From Desulfurococcales archaeon (GTDB lineage Archaea > Thermoproteota > Thermoprotei_A > Sulfolobales > Acidilobaceae): a stretch of DNA of 62,812 nt. The stretch lies in NCBI GenBank assembly GCA_015523445.1, contig WAKG01000085.1:1-62812 (forward strand). Direction: 5' to 3'. Positions 21,064 through 31,480 of the stretch are shown here, in pieces; the stretch's first letter is position 1; each line of letters starts with the position of its first letter. Under the pieces are notes generated by a model. It was not told where the DNA came from, made no database searches, and saw only the letters and a program-made list of their open reading frames with translations. Both the position numbers and the translations under genes were made by a program.

Positions 21064-22302
21064 TTGAGTGTATGGGTATACGGGGAGCAGAAGTCTGAGC
21101 TCGGCCTCGAGGGGACGATAACCAGGAAGATCGAGGAGGATCTTTACGAGGTCTTCATAGGACCCCAACACCCTGGCTCTGGGCACATGAGGATAATCAT
21201 AAGGATAGATGGAGATATAATAGTAGAGGCGGACCCAGACATGGGCTATGTACATAGGACCATGGAAAAGCTGGCTGAGGGGAGAGAGTGGATAAAGAAC
21301 GTTCCACTCTTCGAGAGAATGGCAATCCAGGATGCATGTAACGTCACAGTATCATACATCATAGCGCTAGAGAGGATCCTGGACATAGAGCCACCGCCAA
21401 GGGCAAAATACCTTAGAACACTCCTATGCGAGATAAATAGGATAGCGGCCCACCTCTACGGCTTCGGAATATTCGGTGTATTCATAGGACATTCGACCAT
21501 GTATATGTGGAGCTTTGCAGACAGGGAGGTTATGGTGGAGCTGGCGGAGAGGCTAACTGGAGCCAGGCTAACCCACTCATATCCCATACCAGGAGGTGCT
21601 AGAAAGGATATACCCCAGGACTTTCCCCAGGCGGCTAGGAAGGCGGTAAGGTACTTCAGGAGGAGACTAGAAGAGTATAGGAAGATATTCTTGGACAACC
21701 CCGTCACTAGGAAGAGGCTGGAGGGTGTGGGAATTATACCCAAGAAGATAGCGGCGGAGCTGGGCGTTGTAGGCCCGGTGGCTAGGGCAAGCGGGATCAA
21801 GTATGATGCCAGGCTGGCTGAGCCCTACGACGCCTACGATGAGGTGGAGTTTGAGGTCCCGGTTTTCGAGGAGGGTGATGCGCTGGCCAGGGCATGGGTT
21901 AAGTTCGAGGAGATAAAGCAGAGCCTCAGGATAATAGAGCAGGCGGTGGACTGGCTGGAGAGGCATCCAAGGGAGGCCCCGATACACGACAGGTTCTGGG
22001 CCAAGTCACCGCCGCTCTGGAAGAAGGTGTTTGAGGCAGAGGGCAGGGTCAAGCTACTACCGCTAATGGCCAATATGAAGCTGCCTCCAGGCAGGGCTAT
22101 GGCCAGGAGCGAGACAGCACGGGGAGAAATAATTTATTATGTGGAGAGTGATGGTAAGAGCACCCCATATAGGGTCAGGATAGTGTCTCCCTCGGCAAGG
22201 AATGCTATAGTGTTCAAGTATATAGCACCCGGGTATAAGGTTATGGATCTACCTACGATATACGGTAGTATAGATTACTTCCCTCCGGAGGCTGATAGGT
22301 GA
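21064..22302 (+). CDS. nuoD: Complex I-like subunit D
   Basis: GPQHPGSG, GYVHRTMEK, EINRI, C-terminal EADR; no NiFe CxxC motifs. Confidence 0.96.
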   Translation: MSVWVYGEQKSELGLEGTITRKIEEDLYEVFIGPQHPGSGHMRIIIRIDGDIIVEADPDMGYVHRTMEKLAEGREWIKNVPLFERMAIQDACNVTVSYIIALERILDIEPPPRAKYLRTLLCEINRIAAHLYGFGIFGVFIGHSTMYMWSFADREVMVELAERLTGARLTHSYPIPGGARKDIPQDFPQAARKAVRYFRRRLEEYRKIFLDNPVTRKRLEGVGIIPKKIAAELGVVGPVARASGIKYDARLAEPYDAYDEVEFEVPVFEEGDALARAWVKFEEIKQSLRIIEQAVDWLERHPREAPIHDRFWAKSPPLWKKVFEAEGRVKLLPLMANMKLPPGRAMARSETARGEIIYYVESDGKSTPYRVRIVSPSARNAIVFKYIAPGYKVMDLPTIYGSIDYFPPEADR

Positions 22303-23324
22303 TGGCAGGGATAATAGACCTAATATTATCCATAATATTCTATCCACCCATATACCAGCTTGTACTAGTGGGCCTTACAGGGTCCCTAGTAGTAGTAATA
22401 TTCATTATATGGTTTGAGAGGAAGGCCACAGCCAGGGTGCAGAGGAGGCTGGGCCCGTACCATATTGCACCGCGCCTTGCAGGCTTGCCACAGCTAGTTG
22501 CAGACCTGATAAGGTACGCCTTCCAGGAGGTGATAATACCTAGGACAGCTGATAGGGAGCTATTCGTCCTAGCCCCTATAGTGGCTACAGTACTATCAAT
22601 ACTACCCATAGCTGTCGTACCCCTAACCTCCAACCCTGCCTATTGGCCTATACCCATGGATTACAGCATACTCGTTGCACTAGCCTTAACCACAGTGTCA
22701 CCCATATTCCTTATAGTAGCTGGGTGGGCCAGCAACAACAAGTTCTCAATAATAGGTGGCGTCAGGGAGGCATTCGTTATAACAGCGTATGAGATGATAG
22801 CGATCATGAGTATACTATCAGCGTCAGCCGCCGTACTAACATTCAACCTAGTGGAGATAGTGGAGGCCCAGCGGATCTGGTACATACTTTTAAACCCAAT
22901 AGCGTTCCTGGCAGCATTCCTCTCTGTACTAATGGCTACCTCAGGCTTCCCATTCGAGATACCTGAGTCGGAGAACGAGGTTGTAGCTGGCCCCTTCACA
23001 GAGTACAGCGGCCTCCTCTACGGCCTAAACATGGGTGCGGCCTACATGAAGAGGTTCGCCTTCTCAATATTGATGGTGTTGGTATTCCTAGGCGGGTGGT
23101 CCCCCTACACGCCGGGGGAGGGTATACTCTCAGGCTATCTGATACCCTCACTCATAGTAGTTGCCAAGGCAGCTATTCTAATGATGATATTCAGTCTGAC
23201 AAGGTCTATATATGGAAGGTTTAGGCTGGACCAGGCCCTCGAGGGGGCCTGGAGACTCGTCTTCCCCATGGCCGTCCTGGGCTTCGGCCTGGCTCTACTC
23301 GAGGCATATCTGGGGGTGATGTAG
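22299..23324 (+). CDS. nuoH: Complex I-like subunit H
   Basis: ERKATARVQRRLGP, PFEIPESENEVVAGPFTEYSG. Confidence 0.96.
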   Translation: MMAGIIDLILSIIFYPPIYQLVLVGLTGSLVVVIFIIWFERKATARVQRRLGPYHIAPRLAGLPQLVADLIRYAFQEVIIPRTADRELFVLAPIVATVLSILPIAVVPLTSNPAYWPIPMDYSILVALALTTVSPIFLIVAGWASNNKFSIIGGVREAFVITAYEMIAIMSILSASAAVLTFNLVEIVEAQRIWYILLNPIAFLAAFLSVLMATSGFPFEIPESENEVVAGPFTEYSGLLYGLNMGAAYMKRFAFSILMVLVFLGGWSPYTPGEGILSGYLIPSLIVVAKAAILMMIFSLTRSIYGRFRLDQALEGAWRLVFPMAVLGFGLALLEAYLGVM

Positions 23325-23325
23325 T

Positions 23326-23877
23326 GTGCCCGCGAGGCCAGTGGTAAAGAGGCTCCCGGCCCGTAGGGGCCTGTTCGCAGGTTTCAAGGGTAACGTAGAT
23401 GCTATAACAATTGGATTGAAGTACCTTGTAGACCCAAAGAGGATCACACTGATATATCCCAACGAGTATATAAAGCTGGACCCAGGCTATAGGGGCTTCA
23501 TAGTGCTCGAACCGAAGAAGTGCATCAACTGCTCCTCTTGCGCCAGGATCTGCCCTGCAGCCGCAATGAGGATGATAAGGAGGATGGAGGAGGACCCGAA
23601 GACTGGGAAGAAGAAGATGAAGCTGTGGCCAGTAATAAACTATCAGAGGTGTATCTTCTGCGGTTACTGTGTAGACGTGTGCCCCACCGAGGCCCTATAC
23701 ACGGTTCCGTACCACGATATAGTGTATGAGAATATGGCTGAGATGGACTGGGGCCTAGAGACGTTCGTTAAGCCACCCGAATATCCGACCGCCAAGGAGG
23801 GCATCCCCGTCAAGTACATAGTGGATGAGGAGAAGGGCCTAGTCAAGGTGCGCGCCGAAGAAGGTGAAGAAGAGTGA
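23326..23877 (+). CDS. nuoI: Complex I-like subunit I
   Basis: Two CxxCxxCxxxCP ferredoxin motifs. Confidence 0.95.
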   Translation: MPARPVVKRLPARRGLFAGFKGNVDAITIGLKYLVDPKRITLIYPNEYIKLDPGYRGFIVLEPKKCINCSSCARICPAAAMRMIRRMEEDPKTGKKKMKLWPVINYQRCIFCGYCVDVCPTEALYTVPYHDIVYENMAEMDWGLETFVKPPEYPTAKEGIPVKYIVDEEKGLVKVRAEEGEEE

Positions 23878-24356
23878 TCGATATATACAAGCCGCTAATT
23901 GCAGGTATCCTAGCAGCTTTCATGGTACTAACATCATACCTAGTCGTGAGGAGCAGGGATCTAGTCTATGCAAGTGGCTCCCTAGCGGTCCTCGGCGTCC
24001 TTAACGCCGCACTACTAGCATTACTAGGCTACGGTATAGTAGCGGTGTTCCTAGTGGTGGTATATGTAGGGGCAGCAGTCATGTTCATAATAGTAGCAGT
24101 CTCAATGCTGGGAGGTGGGGGCCCTGAAAGATGGCAGCCAGAGAAGGGGGCATTTGCAGCGGCATCAGCCCTAGCAGTCCTACTAATCGTAGTGCTAGCA
24201 TCATCACTCTACACAGCCTACACGCAGCCCGAGAGTATAAGTCTGAAGAGCGTTTCGGGGATCCTAGTAGGGAAGTACCTGCCAGTCCTCGGCGTCATAT
24301 TCGTTGCACTAGCAGCAACCCTCATCGAGGCAATAGCCATAGCTAGGAAGAGGTGA
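23874..24356 (+). CDS. nuoJ: Complex I-like subunit J
   Basis: VVYVGAAVMFI, five TM helices. Confidence 0.92.
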   Translation: MIDIYKPLIAGILAAFMVLTSYLVVRSRDLVYASGSLAVLGVLNAALLALLGYGIVAVFLVVVYVGAAVMFIIVAVSMLGGGGPERWQPEKGAFAAASALAVLLIVVLASSLYTAYTQPESISLKSVSGILVGKYLPVLGVIFVALAATLIEAIAIARKR

Positions 24357-24673
24357 ATACTGTGCCCGTAGATACGGCGCTGGGAGGGATCGCAGCTATA
24401 TCCGCAGCGCTCATGGCCTCAATAGGCGTCTACGGCTTGACCTCGTCGCAGAACCTGATACGCCAGTTACTCTCTATAGAGGTTCTGTTCAACGCTGTCC
24501 TAATCCTTGTGATAATACTTTTTTCTTTCAACCCTGTTAACGCTACACTCTTTGCAGTGACCCTGACAGCTGTTGTGTCTGGAGAGGTTATAGTGATCGT
24601 TGCGGTAGTGGTGAGCCTCTTCCGCAGGACTAGGAGCTTGGAGTCGATGGTGCTGGAGGAGGAGGGGGTGTAG
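24353..24673 (+). CDS. nuoK: Complex I-like subunit K
   Basis: NLIRQLLSIEVLFNA, second conserved Glu in TM3. Confidence 0.92.
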   Translation: MNTVPVDTALGGIAAISAALMASIGVYGLTSSQNLIRQLLSIEVLFNAVLILVIILFSFNPVNATLFAVTLTAVVSGEVIVIVAVVVSLFRRTRSLESMVLEEEGV

Positions 24674-24674
24674 T

Positions 24675-26225
24675 GTGGCGTATCTAGGGGCTCCTATACT
24701 TTGGATTACTATTCTGGCCCCTGTGGTTCTTGCAGTCGTAGGGCTACTATTGAGGGATAATAGTGGGAAGACTTATAGGTTTTTAGCATATACTGGGGCA
24801 TTCCTGCTCTTCATACCTGCAGTGCTGGTGCTCTATTACTCCTACACGGGGGCGCTGGCAGCTGGAATTATAGATCCTGTCATCGCGGATCTATCCAGCT
24901 ATAGGATCGGCAGGATGATGCTTGTCTTAGATGGCCTCTCTTCTCCCGTAGTGCTGGGAATATCGGTGGTGACAGCGCTTGTCTCGGTGTATAGCATACG
25001 GTACATGACTCATAGGATAAGGGAGATGGAGGAGCACGGTGAAAAGGTGCCAGGGTTCGAAGTGTACTACGCCCTCTACGCCGGCTTCGCGGCATCCATG
25101 CTGGGGATGGCCTATGCATCAAATCTAATCCTCTTCTTCATATTCCTAGAACTCAGTCTCCTAACATCCTTCGCCCTGATAGCATACTACGGCTATGGCG
25201 ATAGGGGGAGGATAAGCCTCCTATACTTCGTCTGGACCCACATAGCCGGGGCCCTATTCCTAGCTGGAGTCCTCTACTACGGCTTGAATAGGGGCACCTT
25301 TGACGTTGTAGTTGAGATGGATGGTGCAGTTGGCTATATAGCACCCTCACCCAGCTACCAGTACCTAGACCTGGCAGTAGCAGCGATCATACTGGGGCTT
25401 CTAGTCAAGATGGCGGTCTTCGGGGTCCACATGTGGCTCCCCTATGCTCACGCGGAGGCTCCAACACCCGTATCAGCACTACTATCCCCTAACCTAATCG
25501 GGATAGCTGGCTATGCGCTAGCCAGGTTCGTATACCCCCTCTTCCCAGGCATCATTGAGGGATACAAGACCCTCCTTCTTAGCATATCCATACTCACAAT
25601 TGTATATGGAGGCCTAGTAGCTCTCCGCCAGGTTGATTTCAAGAGGTTCCTAGCCTATTCGAGCGTTAGCCAGATGGGATACATGCTCCTAGGCCTAGCA
25701 ACTCTAACCAGCATGGGGATTGGGGGGGCTATGCTCCACTATCTGAGCCATGCTATAGGTAAGGCTGTACTCTTCATGGTGGCGGGGGTATTCATAACTG
25801 AGCTGGGCACGAGGGATATAACCAGGATGGGCGGGCTGGCTAGGCGCTACCCCATACTGGCTGCGGTTACCCTACTAGGATTCATGCACCTAGTCGGCAT
25901 ACCCCCAGCCCTGGGGATGTGGAGCGAGGTCCTAATAGTCTATGGCATATTCGATGGTGTACAGGTTACTGGGCAGGCCGTGCTATGGGGAATCACGCTG
26001 GTTCTAATACTGGCGTTTATGGTAACGGCTGCATACAGCTTCGTAGCGATGAGGAGGATATTCTTTGGCCCGCCTAGGATTGAGGCTAGCGAGTATATGG
26101 ACGACTTCAAGGCCACTATAGTCCTGGTGGGTGTCCTAGGCGTGTTCTTCTTCATATCAATAGGGACTCTCTCAGAGCCTCTCAGGGTAGCATCTGAGCT
26201 CCTAGTGAGAGTAATGGGGGGATGA
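24675..26225 (+). CDS. nuoM: Complex I-like subunit M
   Basis: VKMAVFGVHMWLPYAHAEAP, AYSSVSQMG. Confidence 0.93.
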   Translation: MAYLGAPILWITILAPVVLAVVGLLLRDNSGKTYRFLAYTGAFLLFIPAVLVLYYSYTGALAAGIIDPVIADLSSYRIGRMMLVLDGLSSPVVLGISVVTALVSVYSIRYMTHRIREMEEHGEKVPGFEVYYALYAGFAASMLGMAYASNLILFFIFLELSLLTSFALIAYYGYGDRGRISLLYFVWTHIAGALFLAGVLYYGLNRGTFDVVVEMDGAVGYIAPSPSYQYLDLAVAAIILGLLVKMAVFGVHMWLPYAHAEAPTPVSALLSPNLIGIAGYALARFVYPLFPGIIEGYKTLLLSISILTIVYGGLVALRQVDFKRFLAYSSVSQMGYMLLGLATLTSMGIGGAMLHYLSHAIGKAVLFMVAGVFITELGTRDITRMGGLARRYPILAAVTLLGFMHLVGIPPALGMWSEVLIVYGIFDGVQVTGQAVLWGITLVLILAFMVTAAYSFVAMRRIFFGPPRIEASEYMDDFKATIVLVGVLGVFFFISIGTLSEPLRVASELLVRVMGG

Positions 26226-28282
26226 CGATGGTGGAGCCAGGGTACGTGGTCGAGGGATTCCTCCCCTGGAGTCTGGCATGGCTGGCCCCATACATAGGTG
26301 CATTCATCCTGGCGCTAGCCTACATAGCAGGCTCCAGGAATGACAAGCTATACTGGGGCGTAAGCCTAGTCTCGATACTGGCATCAGCTATAATCTCAAC
26401 CATAGCAGCGGCTAGAGTGCTTGGAGGGGAGCCTATATACGCTAAGGCAAGCGGCTACTGGTTCCCCTGGATCAAGGTCACGCTAGGCACCTACATAGAT
26501 GGGCTCTCAGCCGTGATGGCACTAGTAGTATCGTGGCTGAGCTTCCTGATAGCACTCTACAGCGTGAAGTACATGGAGGGTGACTGGGGCCTCCACAGGT
26601 ACTTCTTCTTCATAACATTCTTCGTGGGCAGTATGCAGCTAGTAGTCCTAGCAGACAACCTTCTACTCCTATTCATAGGCTGGGAGGGGACAGGTATAGC
26701 CAGCTACGCCCTAATAGGCCACTGGTACACAGACGAGGAGGAGTACTGGGTCGGAGTCCCAGGCAGGAGGGCCCTAGGCCAGCCAATGTACTTCGAGCCT
26801 AGCCACAGCGCGGTGAGGGCAATACTCTTCACGAGGATAGGGGACATAGGCCTGCTGGTAGGCACGGCAATAATCTACCTAACTGTAGGCACTATAACCA
26901 TACCAGAGCTAGTCCAGAACGCAGCGGCGTGGATAGGGGCCCTAGCTGCGAAGGGCATACTGCCTTCACTCCTACTTATATTCACCCTAGGGGCTCTGGG
27001 CAAGAGCGCCCAGTTCCCATTCCACGAGTGGCTCGTTACAGCGATGACTGGACCAACACCAGTATCAGCACTGATACATGCAGCCACCATGGTCAAGGCA
27101 GGAGTATACTTCATACTGAGGTTCGCCCCCATAATAATAGTCGGGGCCCTGGCCGCCGGGGAGGCTGCTAAGGCCCAGGCCCTGGACTACTTCACTATAG
27201 TAGCAGGGCTAGGGGCGGTAACTGCTTTCATGATGGCAACAATGGCTCTAGTATCGAACGAGCTAAAGCTGATACTAGCATACTCAACTGCTAGCCAGCT
27301 GGGATACATGTTCATAGCGGGGGCAGCCGCGGGTATAATAGCATACCACGGAGAGCTGGAGGCGGCTCTATCCAGCGTCATGGCAGGGCTAAGTCACCTG
27401 GTCAGCCACGCAGTCTTCAAGGCCAGCCTCTTCCTAATAGCCGGGTGGCTCATACACGTGGCCCATAACAGGTTCATAGACACGATGGGCAACTACGCCA
27501 AGTACATGAAGCTAACAGCATTCTCCCTATGGCTGGCAGGCCTCAGCCTAGCCGGGCTACCGCCATTCAGCGGCTTCTTCAGTAAAGAGCTAGTGATATA
27601 CTATGCCGAGGAGGCCGGGATAGGCCCGGTACTATGGCTTGCAGTGATAACTGCAGGGCTAACAGCCGCGTATACCCTCAGGATGATCATCAGGATACTC
27701 CACCTACCACCCCGAGAGGAGGGTCATGGGCATGAGCCGCATGAAGCCCACCCCATAATGCTGGGCCCATACCTGGTGCTTGCACTGGCATCCATAATAC
27801 TGGGCTTGGCCTGGGGCCAGGTGTCAGGCGTACTCTCTAAGGCGGCACAGCTGACCGCTGCAATAGGTGAGGCGGTGAGCCTCCAGGTCAAGTTCGCCGG
27901 GCTAACCTACATTGTGATCGGGCTAGTGCTTGCATCAATGGGTGTGGTAGGCTTCCTCTACATGGCTGCTAGGGTAGACTTTATGGGTATAGTAAGCAGG
28001 AGTACAGCCGCTAGGATGATCCACGACTTCCTCTACGACAGGTGGTACATAAACTCGATCTACTATATAGTATTCGTGGGAGGGTTCACCTATATAATGC
28101 TAAGCCTACAGCTAGTCGATAGCCTGATAGACCTACTATACCACTCTGCGATCCCGCTACTGGCAGCACTAGGCGCGGCTGCGCTTAGAACACTACACCG
28201 GGGCAGGACAGACTACTACCTGACGCTGTACATCTACTTCGCATCCTTAGCACTACTACTCATCTACCTATACTGGAGGTGA
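26222..28282 (+). CDS. nuoL: Complex I-like subunit L
   Basis: KSAQFPFHEWL..AMTGPTPVSALIHAATMVKAG, HAVFKA. Confidence 0.95.
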   Translation: MTMVEPGYVVEGFLPWSLAWLAPYIGAFILALAYIAGSRNDKLYWGVSLVSILASAIISTIAAARVLGGEPIYAKASGYWFPWIKVTLGTYIDGLSAVMALVVSWLSFLIALYSVKYMEGDWGLHRYFFFITFFVGSMQLVVLADNLLLLFIGWEGTGIASYALIGHWYTDEEEYWVGVPGRRALGQPMYFEPSHSAVRAILFTRIGDIGLLVGTAIIYLTVGTITIPELVQNAAAWIGALAAKGILPSLLLIFTLGALGKSAQFPFHEWLVTAMTGPTPVSALIHAATMVKAGVYFILRFAPIIIVGALAAGEAAKAQALDYFTIVAGLGAVTAFMMATMALVSNELKLILAYSTASQLGYMFIAGAAAGIIAYHGELEAALSSVMAGLSHLVSHAVFKASLFLIAGWLIHVAHNRFIDTMGNYAKYMKLTAFSLWLAGLSLAGLPPFSGFFSKELVIYYAEEAGIGPVLWLAVITAGLTAAYTLRMIIRILHLPPREEGHGHEPHEAHPIMLGPYLVLALASIILGLAWGQVSGVLSKAAQLTAAIGEAVSLQVKFAGLTYIVIGLVLASMGVVGFLYMAARVDFMGIVSRSTAARMIHDFLYDRWYINSIYYIVFVGGFTYIMLSLQLVDSLIDLLYHSAIPLLAALGAAALRTLHRGRTDYYLTLYIYFASLALLLIYLYWR

Positions 28283-28285
28283 TCA

Positions 28286-29707
28286 ATGGTGGAGGCAGTC
28301 CTATACCTGATGTATGCGACCCTCGCCTCCTCCCTCATAGTACCAGCCATAGCCTCGAGGGAGGAGGTAGGGGCTAGGCCAGTAATCGCTATCTCCCTAG
28401 CCGGAGTGACGGCTTACCTGGTAGGCTCGCTCCTACTAGTAGCGGAGGCCCAGGGCACCATAGTGGAGTACTATGATGGACTCGTCGTCCACGATAGCTT
28501 CTCAGCTATGATGACTCTGAGTGCTGGGGTTGTGGCGGCTGTGGCGCTACTAGCGGCTGCTAGGGAGCCAGCACTCTGGACAACCCACCCAGCATACTAT
28601 AGCCTGCTACCAATGTCCCTCTTCGGCGTATTCTTCCTAGCAGGAGCCATGGATGCCCTGGTAGTCCTAGCAGCATGGATGCTTGTATCAGTGATAAGCT
28701 ACGTCATCATAGCGCTCCCCGACGATAAGGAGAGTAGTAAGGCCGCTGTAAGGTACATATACGTGGGCGCTGTGGCAACTCTACTCCTAGGCCTCTGGGT
28801 TGCAAGCCAGGCCGTGGCGGCCGCTGACCTGGGCATACAGCCCCTGGGCCTGGCCCCAGCTATGGAGGGTACAGCTTCAGGCCTAGCGGCCAGCCTGATA
28901 CTGGCAGCCCTGGGATTCAAGCTGGGCTTGGTACCCTTCCACTGGTGGCTTCCAAGCGTCTACTCTAGGGCCCACGGCAGGGCGGTGGCACTGGTAGCGG
29001 GCCCCGTGAAGATAGGCTTCATAGCGCTACTAACAAGGATAATATACCAGGCATCCCAGCAACCCTTCGGCTTCGAGACACTAGCAGGGGGAACGCTCCT
29101 AGCAGGGGTCTTAGCAGTAGCCAGCATAGCTACCATGACGTATGGTAACATAGCGGCCCTTACCCCGAGGAACGTCCAGGCGATACTGGCCTACAGTAGC
29201 ATAGCGCACGTGGGCTACATACTAGCTGGCCTAGCAGCCCTAGCATACCTAAACACGGTAGATCCAGGCCTGGCAAGCCTAGCCCTGGCAGGAATAGTGA
29301 TCCAGTCACTGGCATACGGCCTATCAAAGGCGCCACTATTCAGCCTAGCCCCCGAGGCGGGCCAGGATCTAGACGACTGGAGGGGGCTGGCAGGGAGTAG
29401 CAGAGCCACCAGCGTCGGGGTAGCGGTGCTCCTACTAAGCCTTCTAGGAGTACCCCCACTACTAGGCTTCTGGGGCAAGCTCTACATATTCATAGCAGCA
29501 GCAAGCTACAGCATGCTACTAGTACTAATAGCACTAGTGAATAGTGGCGTAAGCTCGGCATACTACATAAGGGTCATGAGGGAGGTCCTAACAGGCAGCA
29601 GGGAGGAGGGGATCATAAGCGACGAGCTAAAAGCCGCAATCGTGCTAGCATCACTCCTAACGATAGCGCTGGGACTCCTAGCCCCCGCCCTCCTAAGCCT
29701 AATATAA
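28286..29707 (+). CDS. nuoN: Complex I-like subunit N
   Basis: FKLGLVPFHWWLPSVY, LAYSSIAHVGY, GVPPLLGFWGK. Confidence 0.94.
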   Translation: MVEAVLYLMYATLASSLIVPAIASREEVGARPVIAISLAGVTAYLVGSLLLVAEAQGTIVEYYDGLVVHDSFSAMMTLSAGVVAAVALLAAAREPALWTTHPAYYSLLPMSLFGVFFLAGAMDALVVLAAWMLVSVISYVIIALPDDKESSKAAVRYIYVGAVATLLLGLWVASQAVAAADLGIQPLGLAPAMEGTASGLAASLILAALGFKLGLVPFHWWLPSVYSRAHGRAVALVAGPVKIGFIALLTRIIYQASQQPFGFETLAGGTLLAGVLAVASIATMTYGNIAALTPRNVQAILAYSSIAHVGYILAGLAALAYLNTVDPGLASLALAGIVIQSLAYGLSKAPLFSLAPEAGQDLDDWRGLAGSSRATSVGVAVLLLSLLGVPPLLGFWGKLYIFIAAASYSMLLVLIALVNSGVSSAYYIRVMREVLTGSREEGIISDELKAAIVLASLLTIALGLLAPALLSLI

Positions 29708-29820
29708 TCTAATCCTAATCTTTGTAATATAAATTGTAAAATTTATAATTTATCAGATAACATCATAATTACAATAATTTTTAATTATATAATAAAAAAT
29801 TAAATAAAATATTTCTAAAG
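29708..29820. other. Extremely AT-rich tract at the left edge of a low-GC island
   Basis: About 110 nt almost entirely A/T, in a GC-rich background. Confidence 0.7.
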
Positions 29821-30040
29821 TCGCGGGGGTAGTTTACTTGCTTGCCTTGTTTTCACGTTACTAGATACTATAGACTTTTAGTTATTATGACTCTCTGTGG
29901 TTAAAGTTTAGACGACAAGTCACCTAGTGACCATTAATGCCCTTAACGCTACACGTAGGTATATAGTTGTAGGGGTGGCTATGTGAATGACTAAGGCTAG
30001 GCATAAAGCCTCTAAGAAAAGGAAAACGAGTCCACTATAT

Positions 30041-31480
30041 ATGATATCAAAAATAAAAATAAAAAATTTTAAAAACATAAAAGAAACAGATATTACTCTA
30101 TTGCCTGGCGTAAATATTTTAGTGGGCCCTAATGCAAGTGGTAAAACTAGTATTTTGGAAGCAACATATTTCCTTTATAAAGCGTTAATAGATGCTGCCG
30201 AAAAGACTCCCTATCGCCCTCATATTCCTGAATATTGGAGTGGATTAGATCTCATACATGGCAAAGATCCAAATAAGAATATAGAAATAGGAATAACATT
30301 AAATGTATATTTACCATCTAATAAAAATGATAAATGGTGCCATGAAACGATAGAAGGAGTTGTGGTATTTGGATATGATGCACAGCGGGATACAATCTTG
30401 CCAATCGAATATAATTTTCTAATAAGTAATTATTTATATTTAAAAATAAATACTAACTCTATAGAAATTATAATGAATAAAGAATCCTGGGAAGCATCCG
30501 GCAAACCTGGCCGTAATAGTGCATCGTCAATAATTGAGAAAAAGAATAAAGTTATACTTACATATAATATAGATCCAAGAAGAATAACATCAGTCTTTCT
30601 TCATCCAAGAGCTATAATATCTATGTATGAAACAGATTTTCATATTATTAATTATGCAATTAAGAAGAAAGGTGATAACAGGTCATCTTATAAAGTTAGC
30701 TTTATAAGGTTTCCCCTCTTGGATATTGAAATACCTGTTGTGTTAAGGCCCTTTACTGAGTGTTCCGAAGAAGCCAAGGGAATACCCGTTTCATGGGACA
30801 ATATGTTGTTAAACTTTTTGCTTAGTAAGGTAGATTATCTAGATCCTTCACTTGCTATATCATTATTATTTGATGCCATTCGTAAAATTGTATTTTTGCG
30901 ACATCCCGATGCGGGTGCTCTTCGCGAGCCTAGGCCTTTTACTGGAAGCAATAGATTGAATCCAAGGGCTCAGAATCTCGCAGAAGTTCTCTTAACCCTT
31001 CATGGCAGGCTCGGACGTATGCCAGAGAGACTTGAGGAACTCATCTCTAAGGCATTTCCCGAATTTAGGGTTTGGGTTGACTCAAAGTTTGGCCGTGTCG
31101 TATTGATGTCTGAATGGAGAGGTATAGAGATGCCTCCTCCAAACCTTCCAGATGGCCTCATAAAAACTCTGGCAATAGGTGCGGCTATTGAGCTAGGTCC
31201 TAGTTTATTGCTTATAGATGAGATAGAGAACAGTCTGCATGCTAATCTATTAGAAATCATTATCGATGAATTAAACCAGTTACCGGTCCCCGTGATAGCA
31301 GCTACACATAGTCCTATTCCTGTTGATATTGTTGGACCTGAAAGGACTATTGTAGTCTTATCTGAAAGAGATGGAGTAGTAGTTGAGAGGATAAGAGATC
31401 CGGTGAAACTTAGAAAATCCTTAGCAGAGCATGGTGTTACTTTCAGTGACTATATTTATGGGGTGACAGTTAAAGATTGA
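30041..31480 (+). CDS. ABC-type ATPase (AAA_15/AAA_21, OLD/AbiEii-like)
   Basis: IKIKNFKNI, Walker A GPNASGKT, degenerate signature LPDG, Walker B LIDEIENSLH, H-loop ATHSP; AT-rich codons; alternative start 29987. Confidence 0.9.
   Translation: MISKIKIKNFKNIKETDITLLPGVNILVGPNASGKTSILEATYFLYKALIDAAEKTPYRPHIPEYWSGLDLIHGKDPNKNIEIGITLNVYLPSNKNDKWCHETIEGVVVFGYDAQRDTILPIEYNFLISNYLYLKINTNSIEIIMNKESWEASGKPGRNSASSIIEKKNKVILTYNIDPRRITSVFLHPRAIISMYETDFHIINYAIKKKGDNRSSYKVSFIRFPLLDIEIPVVLRPFTECSEEAKGIPVSWDNMLLNFLLSKVDYLDPSLAISLLFDAIRKIVFLRHPDAGALREPRPFTGSNRLNPRAQNLAEVLLTLHGRLGRMPERLEELISKAFPEFRVWVDSKFGRVVLMSEWRGIEMPPPNLPDGLIKTLAIGAAIELGPSLLLIDEIENSLHANLLEIIIDELNQLPVPVIAATHSPIPVDIVGPERTIVVLSERDGVVVERIRDPVKLRKSLAEHGVTFSDYIYGVTVKD

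Noticed and set aside
21064..22302. Group 4 NiFe hydrogenase large subunit
   Set aside because: No N- or C-terminal CxxC Ni ligands.
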